In this document: positions 11,926 to 23,393 of the stretch, one piece after another
How positions within the stretch are numbered: the first letter of the stretch is position 1
Layout: each line of letters opens with the position of its first letter
Source of the DNA: Psammoneis japonica
Lineage: Eukaryota
Assembly: GCA_008632985.1 (NCBI GenBank)
Contig: QPGO01000010.1
Coordinates: forward strand, 806,001 to 870,000
Direction: 5' to 3'
DNA length: 64,000 bases
Program-made: the position numbers and the translations under genes
Notes under the pieces: model-generated
What the model was told of the DNA's origin: nothing
What the model saw: only the letters and a program-made list of their open reading frames with translations
Databases searched by the model: none

Positions 11926-13833
11926 TTACCTTTTCGCTGCTGGCTTCTTATCACTGCCTCGAAACAGTTTTCTCCCTTCGTTCTTACGATTGTCCGGCGC
12001 CGTCTCTTCACTTACAATACTCTCGTCCAATTCCATCATTAGCTTTGCGACTTTTTCTTCCAAAAGCGGAATGCAATTATGAATCATGTCTAGTGTTTCT
12101 GCCCGTTGTCTTTGCGCTTCCGCAATCTCGTGTCGGAGAGGCTCCTTGTTGGCTTCGAGACTTTCCGTTGTATTCTTGAGAAAGGCAAGATCCTCCGATA
12201 CCTTTGCATAGCGTCGCTTGAGCGTGTCGCATCGCTGGCCAAGCTGATTCCGTTCCTGCTTGAGCGCCGAGATCAATTCGGCAGAGGCTGATACAACCTT
12301 TTTCTTATTATTATTGTGACGGCGCCCGCTGCCGCGGTCATCGTATTCTCGTCGAATCTCCTCCAAACATCCCTCGTAGTAGATGCGCTGTTGTTCCAGT
12401 TGACTCTTGAGCAACGTGTAATACTGGCTGGCAAATCCCTCCAGCTTGCGATGGACCACCTCGTCTTCTTGTGCGTCCGAAAGACCGGGACTTAGCGTTC
12501 GTTCGTAGGAAGACGTATTGTTGGGATCGGCCGTCTCGACCAGTTTGTCATCCTTGCTCTGTAAGAGACGATGGACATAACCCTGTCCCACAAAGTCCCA
12601 TACATGCTGTGTCTCCGTATCAAGTGCGTAGGCATGAAGTGTCTCATTGTAATGCTGACCAGCATGACCATGTGACAGAATGTTGCTAGTACTTGCAGAA
12701 GACATGGACTGTGAAGCTTCTCCGGCACCACTTGTTGTATTGTCTGGATTTTCCACCACCATACTTCTCCCACCACAGGAAACAACGCCACAAATGAGGC
12801 ACACATAATTCTGTTCAGTCGTACCGCAGACATGACACTGTGACAACGCCTCGTTCAAGCCAGAGTGATCGTATCGACACACGGGACAGGGTGAATCCTG
12901 CCACTGCAATAAGCACTCCAAATGAAAGGAATGATTACAAACTGTGGTAAGAATAGAAGACGACGGTTTCTGACCAGTCACACTACTTTGATCCAGCCGT
13001 TCCAAACACACGGCACAGTTTTGTACTTCGTGCGATGTTGTCAATGGAGAATGGCATGGACGTGGCCTATTATTTGCGTTCGTGTCAGCATTGTCAGGTT
13101 GTGCCTCATGATTGCTCGGAATGGGCGAGGATCGATTATTCAAGGTGGATGGAGCAAAAAACGGACTAATGAGCGACACCCCGTCTTCTCCCTTGAGTGC
13201 CACGACATGATAAACACTGCACGTGACATCCGGCTCGAGACTGCTAAAGGCCTTTCCATTCAAATCCCGTACAAAACTCTCTGCCGCTTGTTTCGTGGAG
13301 AGTTCCAACAAGACAATATAACTTCGAGATGGCATCTCTTTTTGTTCTTTCACATCATGTTGATCAGCTCCTGTATCTCGCAAAACGAGGTCTCCCAGGC
13401 TCGTAGTCAAATCCGATGTTGGTTCTTTTGGTGACGATTCGCATCCTTCAGTGACTGATGCAGTTGCGCTGTTGCTCCCGACAGCCACTGCGGGTGTCGG
13501 TGCTATTTGAGCATCACTTATATCACCGTGTTTTTCAGGCGAAGCAATTACGATTCGAAGCAAATCAATAAACCGTCGATGCGACCGGCAGAAATTCAAA
13601 ATTCCCTCTGGAACTTGTTCGGGTGGAACATTGACCATGGCAACCAGTTTATCATTGTCCGTCGTGGCTCCCTTTGGCACGCAAAACTCGTCTTGAGTAC
13701 TGCCGAGACTACCATTCTTTGCTTCTTCCAACGTGTAGACACATCCGCCGTATGTACCAAGAGCGGGATTACCAAAGCTTACAGGACGGGGACGTATTCT
13801 ACCATTTCGAGGGGTAGACGGAGACGAGGACAT
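11926..13833 (-). CDS. BRAP: BRAP2/ETP1-like E3 ubiquitin ligase (BRAP2 domain, RING-H2, UBP-type zinc finger, coiled coil)
   Basis: CAVCLERLD...CNHSFHLECL...CPVCRY; CLICGVVSCG...HAGQHYNETLHAYAL...VWDFVGQGYVHRLLQ; LLKSQLEQQRIYYE. Confidence 0.9.
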   Translation of the reverse strand: MSSSPSTPRNGRIRPRPVSFGNPALGTYGGCVYTLEEAKNGSLGSTQDEFCVPKGATTDNDKLVAMVNVPPEQVPEGILNFCRSHRRFIDLLRIVIASPEKHGDISDAQIAPTPAVAVGSNSATASVTEGCESSPKEPTSDLTTSLGDLVLRDTGADQHDVKEQKEMPSRSYIVLLELSTKQAAESFVRDLNGKAFSSLEPDVTCSVYHVVALKGEDGVSLISPFFAPSTLNNRSSPIPSNHEAQPDNADTNANNRPRPCHSPLTTSHEVQNCAVCLERLDQSSVTGQKPSSSILTTVCNHSFHLECLLQWQDSPCPVCRYDHSGLNEALSQCHVCGTTEQNYVCLICGVVSCGGRSMVVENPDNTTSGAGEASQSMSSASTSNILSHGHAGQHYNETLHAYALDTETQHVWDFVGQGYVHRLLQSKDDKLVETADPNNTSSYERTLSPGLSDAQEDEVVHRKLEGFASQYYTLLKSQLEQQRIYYEGCLEEIRREYDDRGSGRRHNNNKKKVVSASAELISALKQERNQLGQRCDTLKRRYAKVSEDLAFLKNTTESLEANKEPLRHEIAEAQRQRAETLDMIHNCIPLLEEKVAKLMMELDESIVSEETAPDNRKNEGRKLFRGSDKKPAAKR

Positions 13834-14000
13834 TGTAATGGGTTAATTAGAATGGATAATGGCGGCGACAACGACGCCATGGGCAGAGCGCTCCTGCCTG
13901 CTCGCGTCTCAGTCTCCGGTCTCGAATTCTCGAATCGAAGGAATCGTGCCTCTTCCAATTCTTTCGCGTTTCCACGTGGAAGTTGATGAGGACATTTACC

Positions 14001-14154
14001 ATTTTGACCAAATATCAAAATAACACGGTGTTTTACACGAGAAGTATGGATGCACGGACAGACGATCGACGATTTTGACCTAAAAAATAAAAATAACACG
14101 GTGTTTTTACACGGAAAAGTACGGAGGCATTGACAGACGGTTGACGATTTTGAC
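14001..14154. repeat. About 72-75 bp imperfect tandem repeat (2+ units) in the divergent BRAP/GH30 intergenic region
   Basis: ATTTTGACC x3; AAAATAACACGGTGTTTT(T)ACACG x2; GACAGACG.TYGACG x2. Confidence 0.7.
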
Positions 14155-14444
14155 CAGCCAGCCAACTGTTTTTGCACGGTGGACCGCTGACGGACATACG
14201 GTCACCCTCCCAATTGGCGGGCAAGGCCTTGCATGCATTGCGCGCCCGCGCAGTGCAAGATCTTGGATCTTGGCAACCGCCAACCGGCCTCATTATCACA
14301 CCACCACCTCAAAAGCAAAGCAACTTTTAATAGCATTGGCTATCTGTAGCCGAAATCTTGTCGGACAGGAAAAACGAATCAAACCCTTTAGAGTTCTAAT
14401 CGAACAAAAAGTGGTGATTGTATCCGTTCTCTGCTTTTGGAATA

Positions 14445-17395
14445 ATGTCTGAAGTGGTTGACGAGACGACGCCCATGCTGGGCGGTGCTGCAAACAGAAA
14501 CACGCCAAATAATGTTGTACAAGAACGTAATAGAAACTCGTGTTCCAAGACGTTTGCATTCTTTTCTCTGGGAACAATTGTGTTTTTACTTTTGTTTGTC
14601 ACGATTGGGCAATGGCACGAATCTCGATCGACTGCCATACTCTCCATGGCACAATCGGGCCAGCAACAACCACGCGCAGCAACAGCAACAACCAAACATG
14701 CCCGAGTCGTAATGTACCGTCCGACCTGTCGAGTTCATTCGAGGCAGTACTATGTCAAGAGCGTGGTACAGACCAGTCTCGGACAAGCTAGTCAGCAATG
14801 GGCCGATATGGAATGCATTGATGACACGGGTGTCTTTTCGAGAATGTTCTCCACAGACGATGTGGAACGGTCCTATGGTGCTCCGGATGCCGTCATTCAA
14901 GTTGAATTGTCAGAGGTGGCACATCCGTCGCGACAGCCAATTATGGGATTTGGAGGCGCCTTTACAGAAGCGTCTTCTTTAAATTTTCATTCCTTATCAC
15001 CGACTGGACAAGATGCTGTCATGGAGTTGTTGTTTGGAAAGTCCGGTCTTGGGTACAGGTGAGTTTGAAACCAACGAGGAGGAGAATGGAAATCTCACTT
15101 TGTTCATAAACTCATTCTTTTGTCGTCTCTCCTTTTACAGTCTCGGCCGTGTCCACATCAACTCGTGTGACTTTTGTATTTCGTCGTATAGTTTTGATCA
15201 AGTCGAGGACGACTTTGAGCTCAAACATTTCGATTCCTCGGTACAGCACGACGTCACGTCGGGAATGGTGGATATGATGCTTCGGGCTCGATCCATTGTA
15301 CGGGAGCAATGGAAATCTAAACACACGAGTAGTGATGGTGATTTGAAAATCATGGCATCGCCATGGTCTCCGCCCTCGTGGATGAAAAAGCCATTCAAGC
15401 AAGATCGCAAAATGGGAGCGACTCATGCGCTCAACATGACAAATAGTGCAGTACCCAATTGTTTGAGAGAGGGTGTAGGGCCCAAATCAAGATATGCCAA
15501 GGCGTGGGCCTTGTATTTTGCAAAGTTCATATCTGCGTGTACGTTACTACGTGTGCTTCTGACAAGAAACGTCTCATTGGATGGTCGCTAGGGCGTCTGC
15601 TAATACCTATCCGTTCGTGTTCTGTTTTCGTTGCAATTCAGATTCAGATTTGGGAGTCCCTCTCTTTGCAGTGTCGGTACAGAATGAACCGGAATTCCCG
15701 GCTCCATGGGAAGCTTGCGCTTATGATGCAGAAACCGAGGGTGACTTTTTGGCTTATCATTTGGGACCGACTCTACGGAAATTGCACCCTCACGTCAAGA
15801 TTTTCATGTTTGATCACAACAAGGATCATGTTTCTGCTTGGGCAAACAAAATCCTCGATGAATCGCATCCTGCCAAGCCATTTGTGGACGGTACGGCCAT
15901 TCACTGGTACGCGGGTGGCATGGATCGACTCTTGGATGGAGCGGTGGGATCCGCCAATATGCATCGACTCGTTTCGGACTTGGGTGATCTGAAGGTGAAA
16001 CCTGACCATTTGATATTTGGATCCGAAGCTTGTCATTGCCCAGGAACCGGTTATGCTGGAGGAGACATCAATGTAGCATGGGCACGCGCTGAACGGTATG
16101 CACACACTATACTTGCAGACTTGGCCGCTGGAAGCAATGGATGGATCGAGTGGAACCTCATGTAAGTCCTTGGTCTTGATCGAGAGTTGAAGACATGTCT
16201 ACGATTGCGTTGCGTTCTCACAGCTTCGCTTTCTAAACCGTAAATCATTTCGATAGTCTCGACTCGATCGGAGGGCCAAATCATCTTGGAAATGTTTGTG
16301 ATGCGCCGATATTGGCTGTGCCTCACCGTGCCAAAGACTCGAATGTGACGGCGGGAAAGATGGGCTACCCGTTACCAGTGTACGAACCGTCGTACTATCC
16401 CTTTGGTCGGGTTGTCGGCGACGGAAGAACCAATGAGGAGTTAAATGCTCTTGGTTTTCCGGCAAAATTCTTGGATGCTGGCGTCGTCGTTCAACCACTC
16501 TACTACTACATGGGCCACATTTCTCGTCATGTCAGACCCGGATCAAGAGCAGTCAAGGCACTTGTGCAGCAAAGTGCGGGTGGCCCTAGCCATCAAACAT
16601 TTCGACCTAGCGGGCAAACTGTTGCGGGTGGTGGTATCAATGATTTGGCTCGTCTTGGCATTGAAATCACCGCGTGGCCGTGTGAGGGTTCAACTCGCCA
16701 ACAATTTAAATACAATAGTGCCCAGCAGCTGCAAGTCTTTGGTCATGACTGGCTTGGAAAGCCAACCACAAACTGCGTAGGCAAGGTTCCAGACAAGGAC
16801 TTTCAGGGTTTGATAACAACCTCTTGTGACGATGAAGCTGGTGCTTTCGACCTAGTTCCGGCAACCAGCGATGAATACTTGCAGGTTGAATTCGTTCACT
16901 TTGTGCTCAAAAACCAGAATGGAACAGCGGATCCCAATAAGAGTTGTCTTGTTTTGAAGCCTCTCAAAAACGGGGGTGGTGCGTACGGTCCAAGAGGAGG
17001 AGCGCAGGTCACAATTGGAGATTGCGGCGCGAGTGCGGTATGTACTACGGCGGACTTGAAGTTGCTTTTGTGCATTCGATTGTGGTGTTGCCCATCATCT
17101 TTCTTGTTTGCTTTTGCAGGCTAACTGGATATACACGGAATCAACTGGGGAAATATCTTCTGCGTACTTTTGTGATGGTGACGCAGGAGGCGAAGTCTGT
17201 CTCACTACAGGGTGGCCTTTTCTTCAAGTCGGTGCGTTCGATACCCCCAAAGGCCACGGAGACAAAACAGTGGTTGTTCTAAACGAGGCGGCTGAGACGG
17301 CCAATTATATTATCAAGGACGGAAATGACGTTGTTTTAACCTCGTCGATTCCTGCCCATTCCATTCAAACCCTGTCACTAAGAAAGAGAAGGTAA
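14445..17395 (+). CDS. Glucosylceramidase-like glycoside hydrolase family 30 with an N-terminal TM anchor (5 exons)
   Basis: GFGGAFTEAS, ASPWSPPSWMK, QNEP acid/base, FDHN, HWY, SEAC nucleophile, WIEWNL, YYYMGHISR; GT-AG introns near 15059-15140, 15538-15641, 16162-16256 and 17038-17119. Confidence 0.9.
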
Positions 17396-17511
17396 TGATG
17401 TGATGACGTTATTAAAAACTTGAAAACTGTAGTCTCTAGCGCACAGTCGTTTTAGAACCAGTAAGCTCTGATTGCATTAGTTTCGCATGGGCGACAATCG
17501 AGAGCACCCGT

Positions 17512-18779
17512 TTAGCTTGCTTCGGTGACTTTCCTTACTTCGATATCGTCAATTTTGACCCTTAGAAGCGGTGGTCCGGAGTTTTGTCCAGGAATTACTC
17601 CTTTGATACCTTTCTTTGTAGGAAGGCTTGCTAGTCTCGCCACTACCGCCATTGATGCATCATCTATAATCTGCCCAATGACCCTTCTGCCTTCTCTGTC
17701 CATGCTGCTAACGGGAGCCGCATAATCTCAAACGCTGTCCCGACCATGCAGAGAGGTCAGGTGTCACTCACTCCAGAATTGAAACATGCTTCTTACATCC
17801 ACGACTTACCACTTGCGAATGCTTCATCCTCTGACTCCAAACCGCTTCCACTATAACCGAGCCCATTACCGGGTATAGAAATCAATCCGGCAGCGTCGTG
17901 TTTGCGCACACTAATTTCTTCTGCCAAGGCTTTGTCTCTTGGTCGCGGTTGTGCCAAAAAGTCATCACCAGCTTTTGATCTTCCTTTGGATCTAGCAAAA
18001 GCTGCCGATTGGGATGGAACGCCAAAGTCAAGCCGTTGCTGCGGAACAATTCCGTTCAGAATCCCTCCAACCAACAAGGACACGGGTGTTGTTAATCTGC
18101 CAAAAGAAGCGTCGTCGCTCATCGTAACAATGCCAACAGACGTCAAGAACTTTAGCATTTGATTCACACTATTTGGACAATCCTCCCCGTAGAGACCAAA
18201 CCTAATGGTTACCGATTCGCTTCGCCCGATATCCAAGCTCAATTGCACAAGGTGTGTAATTTTGCCAAATACCTGGGGCACGGGCTCCCCGACAAGTGGT
18301 GCATCCAACATTTGACCGTTTGGTCCACAAAGTGGATCAGTAGCATCACATCGATCCTTTCCTCCCCAATTCCAACCTACGGCGCCTATGAAGCAAGTAG
18401 TATGCAAAAAGAGAAACCGCAAAAAAAAAAGTGAGCAGAACTACAGAAGAAGGTATCTGGAAAATACTGAATGCGTCTCCGATAATCACTCACCATCCCA
18501 TTGACCAATCTCTAAACAGTTACCCGCCTCTCTGCACTCCTTTTCTGCGCCTCCAACAGCACGTTCCACAGCTACAGACGGTGGGCTTGGAAGCAGCACC
18601 AAAGATCCACCACCCAACAGAAGATTGCCAAGGATGCGTCGCCGGTCGGACGATGATCCTTCAACCATGTTGAGCGCACAAGAAGATTTTCGTTTCGATA
18701 GTTGACTCGTCGTCCATGCTGAAATAGATAGAGCATGAAAAGTCAACAAGGAGAATAAACTCCGCGAAATCATCGTCAT
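17512..18779 (-). CDS. Cyclophilin-like (PPIase-fold) protein, probably thylakoid-lumen targeted (3 exons)
   Basis: Signal peptide + SA-W, twin-Arg SDRRRIL and a hydrophobic stretch; ITHLVQLSLDIG...IRFGLYGEDCP; RRVIGQII...PLLRVKIDDI. Confidence 0.7.
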
Positions 18780-21509
18780 GTTCAAATGTTGCAACAGTAT
18801 ATTAACAACAACCGCCATGAGCACTGGCACTGGGCACTGAGCACTGAGATACCATAGGGCCCTAGTACATGATGAATGCTGAGGATGGACAGACGGCATG
18901 CAAGGGCGAACTCGCTCGCTCGCTCGCGTCGCTCGCTCATTCACTGCGATGCTGGCTGCTCGCTGTGGTAGACTAGCCCCACGCAAGCTACAGGACAGTT
19001 TTGGCTGCTGTTTTAGCATGTACAGCAGGGCCCTACATGCCCTAGAGTGGCTGTGCTTGGCCTGTTGTCTTGCCGATGATGTGACAGGAACCGATTCAAT
19101 GTCTGCCATGATGGTCGCAGGGTCTTTTGTTGCAAAGATGCTCGCAAGTCGATCACGTGAAATGACAGCAGAGCAACACGGCAATCAAGAAAGGGTGGCC
19201 GCCCAACACCCACCAAAAACTTCCAAGCACGTTGTGATGACCACACTTTTTTGAGCTGCTTCCACTGTCCCCACCTCTTTTTGCTGTCCTCAATCCTTTC
19301 ATCTTGTTTGCGTTGTCCCTCATTTCCTCTTCCCTGGAATTTGCACTCTCTGACGATTCTCTGGTTTCCAGTGAGTGCTGCATCTTCTTTCTCCAGTGAG
19401 CTGGTCTTGTTTGTGCTGGCTGTTTCCTTCACCACTGTTGTTTGCAGCTCCAGTGGGGAGTGTCATGTTCTTTGCCAATTGCCCCATCCACAACAATGGG
19501 TGGGGCATTTCCCATGACTGCTGTGTGCAGTGCCCAGCATTGTCTCCACCGCCACATCTTGTGCGCAGCAGTTTCCATCTGCTCTGCTGCATCCACCCCT
19601 GTCACTGCTGTCTGAGCATTGCCATCTGCCACATCCACTGCTTCCACTTCTTCTTTTTTCACCATGTGTCAGCAGCAGCTGCCTCAGTCATGTTGATCAC
19701 AACACTGCAGTCTGCGGCCGGCGAACTTGTGTTTTTTGTCAATCTCCATTGCAGCAGCAACTGCTGCCATGTTGCTCCTGCAAGGCAACACTGATGTGAG
19801 AAAGAGCAGCACACATGCCATGTGCCGCCAACCACTGATTTTGTGCTCACCTTCCCCTGGAGCATTGCCGCTCTCAGCATCGTGCCCGCAGCTTGTGTTG
19901 CTGTCTTTTTCTGGCTTTTCCACCACGTTGGCCATCAGTTGACACCTCACTTCTTCCAGCTGCTTGGTGCTTGTGTCTTGTTCACACTGTTGCTCCATGA
20001 CCATCATGCGTGCTGTTGTCAGTGCGGCCATGGAATTCTTGTGAATCTTTTTCACCAAATGGGCGTCATCACCCAATCCTGAAAATGCATTGTGCAACAG
20101 TTCTGGCACTTGTCACATGCAGATGGGTTCCATGGCATGGCATGGCATGACATGCCAGTTGAGCACCTGCTTGCTTCTGCCACACACCTTGTCCAACAGA
20201 CCCTGCTTGACTGAATTTGCAATCCCGGAAAAACAACCAGCTTTGTGTGTGCTGCCATCTTTGCCTGGCACAACCATGATTTGAAAGTTGTTTTGTTTCA
20301 TGTGGGCCTTTTGCACCCCCACTGTCAGTGTCTTGCATGACTTGGCTTGGCCCACCATGTGTTGCACCTGCTTGAAAAATCTTGCTGCAGCTCCTGCACA
20401 GTCATCTGCCTTGATGATGCAGGTTGCTGTCCATCATGAATGCTGCCTTGAGACTCTTGAAATTCAACACAGGTGTCCCATCATCCATGTTCTTCACACC
20501 AGATTTGTCAGCAATCACAGGCATGATTGCACGCCACGCACTGTTGAGCTGGCGACAGTTCTTGCAGCATGCCTCAATTGTTGCTTTCTCTTGATTCTGC
20601 TCCTCTTCTGCAACCACTTGCTGGTGCATGGTGTCACACACCCAAGACACATTTTGGCCAGCATTGCATTTTGGCCTGGATTTCACACAACTTCTTGGTG
20701 TGAACTTTGTGGTGTTGTTCTGTGCTGTGGGTGTTGCACTGTGGCAATGGGAAGCAGCAAAGAATTCTCCCACATCCCCCTGGGGAGACTCAGCCAGTGG
20801 ATGGAGATTGCGCTGCCATGGACGTGGGAACATGGTGGCTCGTCATTTCCACAGAGTGCTTTCCTGTGCACTGCTTGAAGACAACAGCACATGCGCACAA
20901 TGTGGCGACAATGTGAGAACACCCCTTGCCATCTGTTGCCAGTTTGGGGGCAATGACATGTTTGCAACATTTGTGACTTGACAATGTGCAGCTGCATTTT
21001 GTGCTCATGCTCACCCGCCACATTGTTTTGCGTGTGTTCCTTGCAGACACTGTCTCTGTGTTGTTGTTGTGGGCTGCCCTGCAAGCAATTTTGTTTTGAG
21101 GTCATTGCCATTTTTTTGTGTGACGTTTGAAATGCTGTGGCTGTCATTGCGCTCTGTGGTCACAGCGCAATTTCTGTGCATCCTCAGCCCCTTCTGATGC
21201 ACCGCCCAGGCACCGTGCAAATGTTGCTCAAAGAAATGTTGTTTTTTGTTGCCACAGTTTCTTGACTCATTTCACAGGCACACTTTCACATTGATGTGGC
21301 ACTTTGAATTTTTTGTTTGATCATCTCACACTCAAAGCCACCGTTGTGGCACCAGCCCAAATGGCCAAAAAATGTGGTCCCGTGCTGACCACATTTGGCA
21401 ATGACCCCAGTGACCACATCACATTGCATCGCAGTGCACCTCTGTTCTTGTCCACAATGCAGCCACAGGCAGCAGGGTTTTCCCTTGCACTCAGCTGCCA
21501 TTTGTGATG

Positions 21510-21512
<3 letters not shown>

Positions 21513-21598
<86 letters not shown>
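21513..21598. repeat. (TG)43 microsatellite
   Basis: Perfect dinucleotide run. Confidence 0.97.
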
Positions 21599-21600
<2 letters not shown>

Positions 21601-22942
21601 ACATCATGCATTGTTGTCATGCCATTGTCTGGAGCAAAAATCCAGCTCAAATGCAGAGAGGCAAAAAGCACTGGAGTGCCTTGACCCAATCACAAAGCCT
21701 TGATGACTCAATTTGTGATGGAAGTGGCAATGGAACAATCAACGTGGCAACAAACAAAACACAGCAAGGTTTGGCACAGGGTTGGCAGAGATTTCTTGGG
21801 ACAAAAACCTCTCCCACCTTGAGCTTTTGAGAAGGAAGGACACTTTTCTTGTGGCCATCACCAACAACGCAGCTGCAGAAGATCCTTCTGACAACGCATC
21901 AGAAATTGTGCACCTGATGCCACACAGGGGGGGTGCCAAAATGCCACACAGGAAAGCGCGGTTTGCTGCAAAACAACAGCTCATTTCGCAGATGATTGCA
22001 ACGCCGGGGGGGGGGGGGGGCAATGTGAATGACTTGCCAATGGAGCGTGCATCAGATTTTGTGTCATTTGGTGAGGATGCCATTGGGTGCAAGAATGACA
22101 TTTAAACTGCTTGAGTGGGCAGTCATGAAAATGAAGATGCGCCAGCAGCGTGTGATGAGCCCACATCGGTGCCAACAATCTTGTTGATGATGGTCATGAT
22201 GAGTCCAAAAGAACAAACCCACAAGGTCAGGGAAAAAATGGATGGAGACATTTTAGAAGAAGAAACGTCCTTGGGCAACAAAGAGACGTCAAAACTGGAA
22301 ACACCCAACAATGAGTGAAACCAAAAAATGTCAAGAAACCTTCCCAAAAAGTGCAAGCCAGAACACATGTGAAATGTTTTGATGCTGGGGATGGCACACT
22401 CACCTCTCAATTCATCCACTCCCATTGAAAGCGCAAAGGAGGCAATGCTGGAGACAAAAGGCTTAAAAAATGTGGGCAGGGATGCAGTGAGAGGTTTCTT
22501 GCAACCAAACAACCTGTTTGGTTGATGTTTTCATGGCATCCAATTGTGGCAAACAAGGGCAATGTCAACTCTCCACAACACATGGATGCACATTTTGGTG
22601 GCCTCCATCATTTGGAAATTGGACAGCCTCTCAGATGCCAAATGAGCTCCAGTTTTGAACAGACAGCATGGGGCCCTTGCAACTCACCACCATTTTGGCT
22701 CAGTGAACACTTGGTGCAAGGCGATGTTTTCAAACACAGCATTGTTGGATTTGGACATGCCAGCAGGGCACCACTCCTGAAGGACAATGGGTCAATCATC
22801 CTTCCATTTGACAAAGAGGTGGCCACCCAAAATCTCAGCATGAAGCACCTGTGTTGTTTGCATTGCAACGCTGTGCATTTGAGAGAATCCAAGTTGCCAG
22901 GAAAGAACAATCTGTTGAGATGAATGCAGAGATTGGACCCAG

Positions 22943-23393
22943 TGCAGCATGCATGCAGACAAAAGGTTGTTTTTGTCACGCCCTTTGTGACATTTAAAGG
23001 CTGCAACACGTCGCCGTGACACATTGACTCTTGTCAGCAGCTGTGTGTTGCACTCCTCCCCATGCATCGCGCGTCCATGCGGCTCTTTACCAACGTGCAC
23101 TGACACTGCACGGTTTTGGCGGAACAGTGTGGGTGCGCACGAAGGAACACACAGAACTGCACAAAGTTTTGCGCGTTCGACAGTGATCAACGTTGCTGCA
23201 GACAACTCCCACTCAGGGTTTCGAACCCCTGGCCTCCTGCCCAATGGTTGCGATGAACCACTCCGCTGTGAATTCATTCATGATGCAGCATGCATGCAGA
23301 CAAAAGGTCATTTTTGTCACACCCTTTGTGACATTTAAAGGCTGCAACACGTCGCTGTGATGCATTGACTCTCATTGGCAGCTGCACATTGCA
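22943..23393 (-). mobile_element. Non-autonomous miniature LTR retrotransposon (TRIM), 451 bp
   Basis: 110-bp TG...CA direct repeats at 22943-23052 and 23284-23393; 4-bp TSD CCAG (22939-22942, 23394-23397); minus-strand PPT GGGGAGGAG abutting the LTR at 23053-23061. Confidence 0.85.
23203..23276 (-). other. tRNA-derived segment (Pol III A/B boxes) inside the TRIM
   Basis: Minus strand CAGCGGAGTGGTT (A box if CA<-TA) and, about 30 nt later, CAGGGGTTCGAAACCCTG (T-arm/B box hairpin); anticodon arm not recognisable. Confidence 0.5.

Noticed and set aside
18822..18848. GCACTG repeats as a CACTA terminal inverted repeat
   Set aside because: No matching inverted end or TSD found near 29 kb
22006..22020. 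G15 homopolymer as a G-quadruplex element
   Set aside because: Isolated run, and its length is unreliable in an assembly with indel errors
23203..23276. Functional tRNA gene
   Set aside because: No clean anticodon arm or acceptor stem, and it lies inside a TRIM; kept only as tRNA-derived
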